From NCBI GenBank assembly GCA_964016885.1, contig OZ024741.1:387810001-387874000 (forward strand): a stretch of 64,000 nt of DNA, given 5' to 3'. Source of the stretch: Eledone cirrhosa. Its lineage: Eukaryota. This document shows, piece by piece, positions 51,801-64,000 of this stretch; positions within the stretch are counted from its first letter, which is position 1, and each line of letters begins with the position of its first letter. Both the position numbers and the translations under genes were made by a program. The notes under the pieces were generated by a model that was not told the origin of the DNA, searched no databases, and saw nothing but the letters and a program-made list of their open reading frames with translations.

Positions 51801-54800
51801 AGTATTAACACTGGAGGTGGTAGCAGTATTAACACTGGAGGTGGTAGCAGTATTAACACTGGAGGTGTTAGCAGTATTAACACTGGAGGGGGTAGCAATA
51901 TTAACACTGGAGGTGGTAGCAGTATTAACACTGGAGGTGGTAGCAATATTAACACTGGAGGTGGTAGCAGTATTAACACTGGAGGTGGTAGCAATATTAA
52001 CACTGGAGGTGGTAGCAGTATTAACACTGGAGGTGTTAGCAGTATTAACACTGGAGGGGGTAGCAGTATTAACACTGGAGGGGGTAGCAGTATTAACACT
52101 GGAGGTGTTAGCAATATTAACACTGGAGGTGGTAGCAGTATTAACACTGGAGGTGGTAGCAATATTAACACTGGAGGTGGTAGCAGTATTAACACTGGAG
52201 GTGTTAGCAGTATTAACACTGGAGGGGGTAGCAGTATTAACACTGGAGGTGGTAGCAGTATTAACACTGGAGGTGGTAGCAGTATTAACACTGGAGGTGT
52301 TAGCAGTATTAACACTGGAGGTGGTATCAATATTAACACAGGAGGTGGTAGCAATATTAACACTGGAGCTGTTAGCAATATTAACACTGGAGGTGGTATC
52401 AATATTAACACTGGAGGTGGTAGCAATATTAACACTGGAGGTGGTAGCAGTATTAACACTGGAGGTGGTATCAATATTAACACTGGAGGGGGTAGCAGTA
52501 TTAACACTGGAGGTGGTAGCAGTATTAACACTGGAGGTGGTAGCAGTATTAACACTGGAGGTGTTAGCAATATTAACACTGGAGGTGGTAGCAGTATTAA
52601 CACTGGAGGGGGTAGCAGTATTAACACTGGAGGTGGTAGCAGTATTAACACTGGAGGTGGTAGCAGTATTAACACTGGAGGTGGTAGCAGTATTAACACT
52701 GGAGGTGTTAGCAGTATTAACACGGGAGGTGTTAGCAATATTAACACTGGAGGTGTTATGAATATTAACACTGGAGGTGGTAGCAATATTAACACTGGAG
52801 GTGGTAGCAGTATTAACACTGGAGGTGGTAGCAATATTAACACTGGAGGTGTTAGCAGTATTAACACTGGAGGTGGTAGCAGTATTAACACTGGAGGTGG
52901 TAGCAATATTAACACTGGAGGTGGTAGCAGTATTAACACTGGAGCTGTTAGCAATATTAACACTGGAGGTGGTAGCAGTATTAACACTGGAGGGGGTAGC
53001 AGTATTAACACTGGAGGTGGTAGCAATAATAACACTGGAGGTGGTAGCAGTATTAACACTGGAGCTGGTAGCAATATTAACACTGGAGGTGGTATCAGTA
53101 TTAACACTGGAGATGGTAGCCGTATTAACCCTGGAGGTGGTAGCAATATTAACACTGGAGGTGGTAGCAATATTAACACTGGAGGTGGTATCAATATTAA
53201 CACTGGAGGTGGTAGCAGTATTAACACTGGAGGTGGAGGCAATATTAACACTGGAAGTGGTATCAATATTAACACTGGAGGTGGTAGCAGTATTAACACT
53301 GGAGGTGGTAGCAGTATTAACACTGGAGGTGGTATCAATATTAGCACTGGAGGTGGTAGCAATATTAACACTGGAGGTGGTAGCAATATTAACACTGGAG
53401 GTGGTAGCAGTATTAACACTGGAGGTGGTAGCAGTATTAACACTGGAGGTGGTATCAATATTAACACTGGAGGTGGTAGCAGTATTAACACTGGAGGTGG
53501 TAGCAGTATTAACACTGGAGGTGGTATAAATATTAACACTGGAGGTGGTAGCAATATTAACACTGGAGGTGGTAGCAGTATTAACACTGGAGGTGGTAGC
53601 AATATTAACACTGGAGGTGGTATCAGTATTAACACTGGAGGTGGTAGCAGTATTAACACTGAAGGTGGTAGCAGTATTAACACTGGAGGTGGTAACAGTA
53701 ATGACACTGGAGGTGGTATCAATATTAACACAGGAGGTGGTAGCAATATTAACACTGGAGGTGGTAGCAGTATTAACATTGGAGGTGGTAGCAATATTAA
53801 CACTGGAGCAGGTATCAATATTAACACTGGAGGTGGTAGCAGTATTAACACTGGAGGTGGTAGCAATATTAACACTGGAGGTGGTAGCAATATTAACACA
53901 GGAGGTGGTAGCAGTAATAACACTGGAGGTGGTATCAATATTAACACAGGAGGTGTTAGCAATATTAACACTGGAGCAGGTATCAATATTAACACTGGAG
54001 GTGGTAGCAGTATTAACACTGGAGGTGGTAGCAATATTAACACTGGAGGTGGTAGCAGTATTAACACTGGAGGTGGTAGCAGTATTAACACTGGAGGTGG
54101 TAGCAGTATTAACACTGGAGGTGGTAGCAGTATTAACACTGGAGGTGTTAGCAATATTAACACTGGAGGTGGTAGCAGTATTAATACTGGAGGGGGTAGC
54201 AGTATTAACACTGGAGGTGGTAGCAGTATTAACACTGGAGGTGGTAGCAATATTAACACTGGAGGTGGTAGCAGTATTAACACTGGAGGTGGTAGCAGTA
54301 TTAACACTGGAGGGGTAGCAGTATTAACACTGGAGGTGTTAGCAGTATTAACACTGGAGGGGGTAGCAATATTAACACTGGAGGTGGTAGCAGTATTAAC
54401 ACTGGAGGTGGTAGCAATATTAACACTGGAGGTGGTAGCAGTATTAACACTGGAGGTGGTAGCAATATTAACACTGGAGGTGGTAGCAGTATTAACACTG
54501 GAGGTGTTAGCAGTATTAACACTGGAGGGGGTAGCAGTATTAACACTGGAGGGGGTAGCAGTATTAACACTGGAGGTGTTAGCAATATTAACACTGGAGG
54601 TGGTAGCAGTATTAACACTGGAGGTGGTAGCAATATTAACACTGGAAGTGTTAGCAGTATTAACACTGGAGGTGTTAGCAGTATTAACACTGGAGGGGGT
54701 AGCAGATTTAACACTGGAGGTGGTAGCAGTATTAACACTGGAGGTGGTAGCAGTATTAACACTGGAGGTGTTAGCAGTATTAACACTGGAGGTGGTATCA

Positions 54801-57800
54801 ATATTAACACAGGAGGTGGTAGCAATATTAACACTGGAGGTGTTAGCAATATTAACACTGGAGGTGGTATCAATATTAACACTGGAGGTGGTAGCAATAT
54901 TAACACTGGAGGTGGTAGCAGTATTAACACTGGAGGTGGTATCAATATTAACACTGGAGGGGGTAGCAGTATTAACACTGGAGCTGGTAGCAGTATTAAC
55001 ACTGGAGGTGGTAGCAGTATTAACACTGGAGGTGTTAGCAATATTAACACTGGAGGTGGTAGCAGTATTAACACTGGAAGGGGTAGCAGTATTAACACTG
55101 GAGGGGGTAGCAGTATTAACACTGGAGGTGGTAGCAATATTAACACTGGAGGTGGTAGCAGTATTAACACTGGAGGTGTTAGCAATATTAACACTGGAGG
55201 TGGTAGCAGTATTAACACTGGAGGGGGTAGCAGTATTAACACTGGAGGTGGTAGCAATATTAACACTGGAGGTGGTAGCAGTATTAACACTGGAGGTGGT
55301 AGCAATATTAACACTGGAGGTGGTATCAGTATTAACACTGGAGATGGTAGCCGTATTAACACTGGAGGTGGTAGCAATATTAACACTGGAGGTGGTAGCA
55401 ATATTAACACTGGAGGTGGTATCAATATTAACACTGGAGGTGGTAGCAGTATTAACACTGGAGGTGGTAGCAATATTAACACTGGAAGTGGTATCAATAT
55501 TAACACTGGAGGTGGTAGCAGTATTAACACTGGAGGTGGTAGCAGTATTAACACTGGAGGTGGTATCAATATTAGCACTGGAGGTGGTAGCAATATTAAC
55601 ACTGGAGGTGGTAGCAATATTAACACTGGAGGTGGTAGCAGTATTAACACTGGAGGTGGTAGCAGTATTAACACTGGTGATGGTATAAAAATTAACAATC
55701 GAGGTGGTAGCAGTATTAACACTGGAGGTGGTATCAATATTAACACTGGAGGTGGTAGCAGTATTAACACTGGAGGTGGTAGCAATATTAACACTGGAGG
55801 TGGTATAAATATTAACACTGGAGGTGGTATCAATATTAACACTGGAGCGGGTATCAATATCAACACTGGAGGTGGTAGCAGTATTAACACTGGAGGTGGT
55901 AGCAATATTGACACTGGAGGTGGTAGCAGTATTAACACTGGAGGTGGTAGCAATATTAACACTGGAGGTGGTATCAGTATTAACACTGGAGGTGGTAGGA
56001 TTATCAACACTGGAGGTGGTAGCAGTATTAACACTGGAGGTGGTAGCAGTATTAACACTGGAGGTGGTAGCAGTAATAACACTGGAGGTGGTATCAATAT
56101 TAACACAGGAGGTTGTATCAATATTAACACTGGAGGTGGTAGCAATATTAACACTGGAGGTGGTAGCAATATTAACACTGGAGCAGGTATCAATATTAAC
56201 ACTGGAGGTGGTAGCAGTATTAACACTGGAGGTGGTAGCAATATTAACACTGGAGGTGGTAGCAGTATTAACACTGGAGGTGGTAGCAGTATTAACACTG
56301 GAGGTGGTAGCAGTATTAACACTGGAGGTGGTAGCAGTATTAACACTGGAGGTGGTAGCAGTATTAACACAGGAGGTGTTAGCAATATTAACGATGGAGG
56401 TGGTATCAATATTAACACTGGAGGTGGTAGCAATATTAACACTGGAGGTGGTAGCAGTATTAACACTGGAGGTGGTAGCAATATTAACACTGGAGGTGTT
56501 AGCAGTATTAACACTGGAGGTGGTAGCAGTATTAACACTGGAGGTGGTAGCAATATTAACACTGGAGGTGGTAGCAGTATTAACACTGGAGGTGGTAGCA
56601 ATATTAACACTGGAGGTGGTATCAGTATTAACACTGGAGGTGGTAGCAGTATTAACACTGGAGGTGGTAGCAATATTAACACTGGAGGTGTTAGCAGTAT
56701 TAACACTGGAGGTGGTAGCAGTTTTAACACTGGAGGTGGTAGCAATATTAACACTGGAGGTGGTAGCAGTATTAACACTGGAGGTGGTAGCAATATTAAC
56801 ACTGGAGGTGGTATCAGTATTAACACTGGAGGTGGTATCAGTATTAACACTGGAGGTGGTAGCAATATTAACACTGGAGGTGGTAGCAGTATTAACACTG
56901 GAGGTGGTAGCAATATTAACACTGGAGGTGGTATCAGTATTAACACTGGAGGTGGTAGCAGTATTAACACTGGAGGTGGTAGCAATATTAACACTGGAGG
57001 TGGTAGCAATATTAACACTGGAGGTGGTATCAATATTAACACTGGAGGTGGTAGCAGTATTAACACTGGAGGTGGTAGCAATATTAACACTGGAAGTGGT
57101 ATCAATATTAACACTGGAGGTGGTAGCAGTATTAACACTGGAGGTGGTAGCAGTATTAACACTGGAGGTGGTATCAATATTAGCACTGGAGGTGGTATCA
57201 ATATTAACACTGGAGGTGGTAGCAGTATTAACACTGGAGGTGGTAGCAGTATTAACACTGGTGATGGTATCAATATTAACAATCGAGGTGGTAGCAGTAT
57301 TAACACTGGAGGTGGTATCAATATTAACACTGGAGGTGGTAGCAGTATTAACACTGGAGGTGGTAGCAGTATTAACACTGGAGGTGGTATAAATATTAAC
57401 ACTGGAGGTGGTATCAATATTAACACTGGAGGTGGTAGGATTATTAACACTGGAGGTGGTAGCAGTATTAACACTGGAGGTGGTAGCAGTATTAACACTG
57501 GAGGTGGTAGCAGTAATAACACTGGAGGTGGTATCAATATTAACACAGGAGGTTGTATCAATATTAACACTGGAGGTGGTAGCAATATTAACACTGGAGG
57601 TGGTAGCAATATTAACACTGGAGCAGGTATCAATATTAACACTGGAGGTGGTAGCAGTATTAACACTGGAGGTGGTAGCAATATTAACACTGGAGGTGGT
57701 AGCAGTATTAACACTGGAGGTGGTAGCAGTATTAACACTGGAGGTGGTAGCAGTATTAACACTGGAGGTGGTAGCAGTATTAACACTGGAGGTGGTAGCA

Positions 57801-60800
57801 GTATTAACACAGGAGGTGTTAGCAATATTAACGATGGAGGTGGTATCAATATTAACACTGGAGGTGGTAGCAATATTAACACTGGAGGTGGTAGCAGTAT
57901 TAACACTGGAGGTGGTAGCAATATTAACACTGGAGGTGTTAGCAGTATTAACACTGGAGGTGGTAGCAGTATTAACACTGGAGGTGGTAGCAATATTAAC
58001 ACTGGAGGTGGTAGCAGTATTAACACTGGAGGTGGTAGCAATATTAACACTGGAGGTGGTATCAGTATTAACACTGGAGGTGGTAGCAGTATTAACACTG
58101 GAGGTGGTAGCAATATTAACACTGGAGGTGTTAGCAGTATTAACACTGGAGGTGGTAGCAGTTTTAACACTGGAGGTGGTAGCAATATTAACACTGGAGG
58201 TGGTAGCAGTATTAACACTGGAGGTGGTAGCAATATTAACACTGGAGGTGGTATCAGTATTAACACTGGAGGTGGTATCAGTATTAACACTGGAGGTGGT
58301 AGCAATATTAACACTGGAGGTGGTAGCAGTATTAACACTGGAGGTGGTAGCAATATTAACACTGGAGGTGGTATCAGTATTAACACTGGAGGTGGTAGCA
58401 GTATTAACACTGGAGGTGGTAGCAATATTAACACTGGAGGTGGTAGCAATATTAACACTGGAGGTGGTATCAATATTAACACTGGAGGTGGTAGCAGTAT
58501 TAACACTGGAGGTGGTAGCAATATTAACACTGGAAGTGGTATCAATATTAACACTGGAGGTGGTAGCAGTATTAACACTGGAGGTGGTAGCAGTATTAAC
58601 ACTGGAGGTGGTATCAATATTAGCACTGGAGGTGGTATCAATATTAACACTGGAGGTGGTAGCAGTATTAACACTGGAGGTGGTAGCAGTATTAACACTG
58701 GTGATGGTATCAATATTAACAATCGAGGTGGTAGCAGTATTAACACTGGAGGTGGTATCAATATTAACACTGGAGGTGGTAGCAGTATTAACACTGGAGG
58801 TGGTAGCAGTATTAACACTGGAGGTGGTATAAATATTAACACTGGAGGTGGTATCAATATTAACACTGGAGCGGGTATCAATATTAACACTGGAGGTGGT
58901 AGCAGTATTAACACTGGAGGTGGTAGCAGTATTAACACTGGAGGTGGTAGCAATATTAACACTGGAGGTGCTAGCAGTATTAACACTGGAGGTGGTAGCA
59001 ATATTAACACTGGAGGTGGTAGCAGTATTAACACTGGAGGTGGTATCAATATTAACACTGGAGGTGGTATCAGTATTAACACTGGAGATGGTAGCAGTAT
59101 TAACACTGAAGGTGGTAGCAGTATTAACACTGGAGGTGGTAACAGTAATGACACTGGAGGTGGTATCAATATTAACACAGGAGGTGGTATCAATATTAAC
59201 ACTGGAGGTGGTAGCAATATTAACACTGGAGGTGGTAGCAATATTAACACTGGAGCAGGTATCAATATTAACACTGGAGGTGGTAGCAGTATTAACACTG
59301 GAGGTGGTAGCAATATTAACACTGGAGGTGGTAGCAGTATTAACACTGGAGGTGGTATCAATATTAACACTGGAGGTGGTAGCAGTATTAACACTGGAGT
59401 TGGTAGCAGTATTATCACTGGAGGTGGTAGCAATATTAACACTGGAGGTGGTAGCAGTATTAACATTGGAGGTGGTAGCAATATTAACACTGGAGCAGGT
59501 ATCAATATTAACACTGGAGGTGGTAGCAGTATTAACATTGGAGGTGGTAACAATATTAACACTGGAGCAGGTATCAATATTAACACTGGAGGTGGTAGCA
59601 ATATTAACACAGGAGGCGGTAGCAGTAATAACACTGGAGGTGGTATCAATATTAACACAGGAGGTGTTAGCAATATTAACACTGGAGCAGGTATCAATAT
59701 TAACACTGGAGGTGGTAGCAGTATTAACACTGGAGGTGGTAGCAATATTAACACTGGAAGTGGTATCAATATTAACACTGGAGGTGGTAGCAGTATTAAC
59801 ACTGGAGGTGGTAGCAGTATTAACACTGGAGGTGGTATCAATATTAGCACTGGAGGTGGTATCAATATTAACACTGGAGGTGGTAGCAGTATTAACACTG
59901 GAGGTGGTAGCAGTATTAACACTGGTGATGGTATCAATATTAACAATCGAGGTGGTAGCAGTATTAACACTGGAGGTGGTATCAATATTAACACTGGAGG
60001 TGGTAGCAATATTAACACTGGAGGTGGTAGCAGTATTAACACTGGAGGTGGTATAAATATTAACACTGGAGGTGGTATCAATATTAACACTGGAGGTGGT
60101 AGGATTATTAACACTGGAGGTGGTAGCAGTATTAACACTGGAGGTGGTAGCAGTATTAACACTGGAGGTGGTAGCAGTAATAACACTGGAGGTGGTATCA
60201 ATATTAACACAGGAGGTTGTATCAATATTAACACTGGAGGTGGTAGCAATATTAACACTGGAGGTGGTAGCAATATTAACACTGGAGCAGGTATCAATAT
60301 TAACACTGGAGGTGGTAGCAGTATTAACACTGGAGGTGGTAGCAATATTAACACTGGAGGTGGTAGCAGTATTAACACTGGAGGTGGTAGCAGTATTAAC
60401 ACTGGAGGTGGTAGCAGTATTAACACTGGAGGTGGTAGCAGTATTAACACTGGAGGTGGTAGCAGTATTAACACAGGAGGTGTTAGCAATATTAACGATG
60501 GAGGTGGTATCAATATTAACACTGGAGGTGGTAGCAATATTAACACTGGAGGTGGTAGCAGTATTAACACTGGAGGTGGTAGCAATATTAACACTGGAGG
60601 TGTTAGCAGTATTAACACTGGAGGTGGTAGCAGTATTAACACTGGAGGTGGTAGCAATATTAACACTGGAGGTGGTAGCAGTATTAACACTGGAGGTGGT
60701 AGCAATATTAACACTGGAGGTGGTATCAGTATTAACACTGGAGGTGGTAGCAGTATTAACACTGGAGGTGGTAGCAATATTAACACAGGAGGTGTTAGCA

Positions 60801-63800
60801 ATATTAACACTGGAGCAGGTATCAATATTAACACTGGAGGTGGTAGCAGTATTAACACTGGAGGTGGTAGCAATATTAACACTGGAAGTGGTATCAATAT
60901 TAACACTGGAGGTGGTAGCAGTATTAACACTGGAGGTGGTAGCAGTATTAACACTGGAGGTGGTATCAATATTAGCACTGGAGGTGGTATCAATATTAAC
61001 ACTGGAGGTGGTAGCAGTATTAACACTGGAGGTGGTAGCAGTATTAACACTGGTGATGGTATCAATATTAACAATCGAGGTGGTAGCAGTATTAACACTG
61101 GAGGTGGTATCAATATTAACACTGGAGGTGGTATCAATATTAACACTGGAGGTGGTAGCAGTATTAACACTGGAGGTGGTAGCAATATTAACACTGGAAG
61201 TGGTATCAATATTAACACTGGAGGTGGTAGCATTATTAACACTGGAGGTGGTAGCAGTATTAACACTGGAGGTGGTATCAATATTAGCACTGGAGGTGGT
61301 ATCAATATTAACACTGGAGGTGGTAGCAGTATTAACACTGGAGGTGGTAGCAGTATTAACACTGATGATGGTATCAATATTAACAATCGAGGTGGTAGCA
61401 GTATTAACACTGGAGGTGGTATCAATATTAACACTGGAGGTGGTAGCAGTATTAACACTGGAGGTGGTAGCAGTATTAACACTGGAGGTGGTATAAATAT
61501 TAACACTGGAGGTGGTATCAATATTAACACTGGAGCGGGTATCAATATTAACACTGGAGGTGGTAGCAGTATTAACACTGGAGGTGGTAGCAGTATTAAC
61601 ACTGGAGGTGGTAGCAATATTAACACTGGAGGTGCTAGCAGTATTAACACTGGAGGTGGTAGCAATATTAACACTGGAGGTGGTAGCAGTATTAACACTG
61701 GAGGTGGTATCAATATTAACACTGGAGGTGGTAGCAGTATTAACACTGGAGGTGGTAGCAGTATTAACACTGGAGGTGGTATAAATATTAACACTGGAGG
61801 TGGTATCAATATTAACACTGGAGCGGGTATCAATATTAACACTGGAGGTGGTAGCAGTATTAACACTGGAGGTGGTAGCAGTATTAACACTGGAGGTGGT
61901 AGCAATATTAACACTGGAGGTGCTAGCAGTATTAACACTGGAGGTGGTAGCAATATTAACACTGGAGGTGGTAGCAGTATTAACACTGGAGATGGTAGCA
62001 GTATTAACACTGAAGGTGGTAGCAGTATTAACACTGGAGGTGGTAACAGTAATGACACTGGAGGTGGTATCAATATTAACACAGGAGGTGGTATCAATAT
62101 TAACACTGGAGGTGGTAGCAATATTAACACTGGAGGTGGTAGCAATATTAACACTGGAGCAGGTATCAATATTAACACTGGAGGTGGTAGCAGTATTAAC
62201 ACTGGAGGTGGTAGCAATATTAACACTGGAGGTGGTAGCAGTATTAACACTGGAGGTGGTATCAATATTAACACTGGAGGTGGTAGCAGTATTAACACTG
62301 GAGTTGGTAGCAGTATTATCACTGGAGGTGGTAGCAATATTAACACTGGAGGTGGTAGCAGTATTAACATTGGAGGTGGTAGCAATATTAACACTGGAGC
62401 AGGTATCAATATTAACACTGGAGGTGGTAGCAGTATTAACATTGGAGGTGGTAGCAATATTAACACTGGAGCAGGTATCAATATTAACACTGGAGGTGGT
62501 AGCAATATTAACACAGGAGGCGGTAGCAGTAATAACACTGGAGGTGGTATCAATATTAACACAGGAGGTGTTAGCAATATTAACACTGGAGCAGGTATCA
62601 ATATTAACACTGGAGGTGGTAGCAGTATTAACACTGGAGGTGGTAGCAGTATTAACACTGGAGGTGTTAGCAATATTAACACTGGAGGTGGTAGCAGTAT
62701 TAACACTGGAGGGGGTAGCAGTATTAACACTGGAGGTGGTAGCAGTATTAACACTGGAGGTGGTAGCAGTATTAACACTGGAGGGGGTAGCAGTATTAAC
62801 ACTGGAGGTGGTAGCAGTATTAACACTGGAGGTGGTAGCAGTATTAACACTGGAGGTGTTAGCAGTATTAACACTGGAGGTGGTAGCAGTATTAACACTG
62901 GAGGTGGTATCAGTATTAACACTGGAGGTGGTAGCAGTATTAACACTGGAGGTGGTAGCAGTATTAACACTGGAGGTGGTAGCAGTATTAACACTGGAGG
63001 TGTTAGCAGTATTAACACTGGAGGTGGTATCAATATTAACACAGGAGGTGGTAGCAATATTAACACTGGAGGTGTTAGCAATATTAACACTGGAGGTGGT
63101 ATCAATATTAACACTGGATGTGGTAGCAATATTAACACTGGAGGTGGTAGCAGTATTAACACTGGAGGTGGTAGCAGTATTAACAATGGAGGTGTTAGCA
63201 ATATTAACACTGGAGGTGGTAGCAGTATTAACACTGGAGGGGGTAGCAGTATTAACACTGGAGGTGGTAGCAATATTAACATTGGAGGTGGTAGCAATAT
63301 TAACACTGGAGGTGGTAGCAGTATTAACACTGGAGGTGGTAGCAGTATTAACACTGGAGGTGGTAGCAGTATTAACACTGGAGGTGTTAGCAGTATTAAC
63401 ACAGGAGGTGTTAGCAATATTAACACTGGAGGTGGTATCAATATTAACACTGGAGGTGGTAGCAATATTAACACTGGAGGTGGTAGCAGTATTAACACTG
63501 GAGGTGGTAGCAATATTAACACTGGAGGTGTTAGCAGTATTAACACTGGAGGTGTTAGCATTATTAACACTGGAGGTTGTAGCAATATTAACACTGGAGG
63601 TGGTAGCAGTATTAACACTGGAGGTGTTAGCAATATTAACACTGGAGGTGGTAGCAATATTAACACTGGAGGGGGTAGCAGTATTAACACTGGAGGTGGT
63701 AGCAATATTAACACTGGAGGTGGTAGCAGTATTAACACTGGAGGTGGTAGCAATATTAACACTGGAGGTGGTATCAGTATTAACACTGGAGATGGTAGCC

Positions 63801-64000
63801 GTATTAACACTGGAGTTGGTAGCAATATTAACACTGGAGGTGGTAGCAATATTAACACTGGAGGTGGTAGCAGTATTAAAACTGGAGGTGGTAGCAGTAT
63901 TAACACTGGAGGTGGTATCAATATTAGCACTGGAGGTGGTAGCAATATTAACACTGGAGGTGGTATCAATATTAACACTGGAGGTGGTAGCAGTATTAAC
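22061..64000. repeat. Giant 24-bp satellite/minisatellite array (~1750 units, runs off the window)
   Basis: Head-to-tail ACACTGGAGGTGGTAGCA[G/A]TATTA in a single orientation, with recurrent point variants. Only nine length-variant units were seen, and no foreign insertions. Confidence 0.99.

Noticed and set aside
21973-63978. Huge (LPPPVLIL)n and (VVAVLTLE)n ORFs
   Set aside because: The 24-bp unit leaves four of six frames open by construction. These two frames are interrupted by variant-derived stops and frameshifts and would be implausibly hydrophobic. Several common variants are synonymous in the LPPPVLIL frame, but that frame still acquires stops (23557, 26101, 28645, 36644).
22061-64000. 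CRISPR array or telomeric repeat
   Set aside because: Units are directly adjacent with no unique spacers and no cas genes, the context is eukaryotic, and there is no TTAGGG-type unit.

Overview
Eukaryotic, AT-rich, microsatellite-dense DNA. The SINE/RTE-LINE families and (TA)n/(CA)n load suggest an octopus-like cephalopod genome (inference). Bases 1-22060 are a patchwork of transposon remnants: RTE LINE pieces (APE endonuclease, and RT with an embedded PHD-like finger), an open CR1-type RT, a Penelope GIY-YIG fragment, two tRNA-derived SINE families, a hAT-type MITE, two minisatellites (35 and 62 bp), three near-perfect hairpins and several degenerate hammerhead-like motifs. From 22061 to the window end is one uninterrupted ~42 kb array of a 24-bp unit (ACACTGGAGGTGGTAGCA[G/A]TATTA, ~1750 copies) with nested higher-order duplications. 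The giant ORFs in the ORF track are mostly a by-product of this unit. No conventional host gene could be firmly identified.
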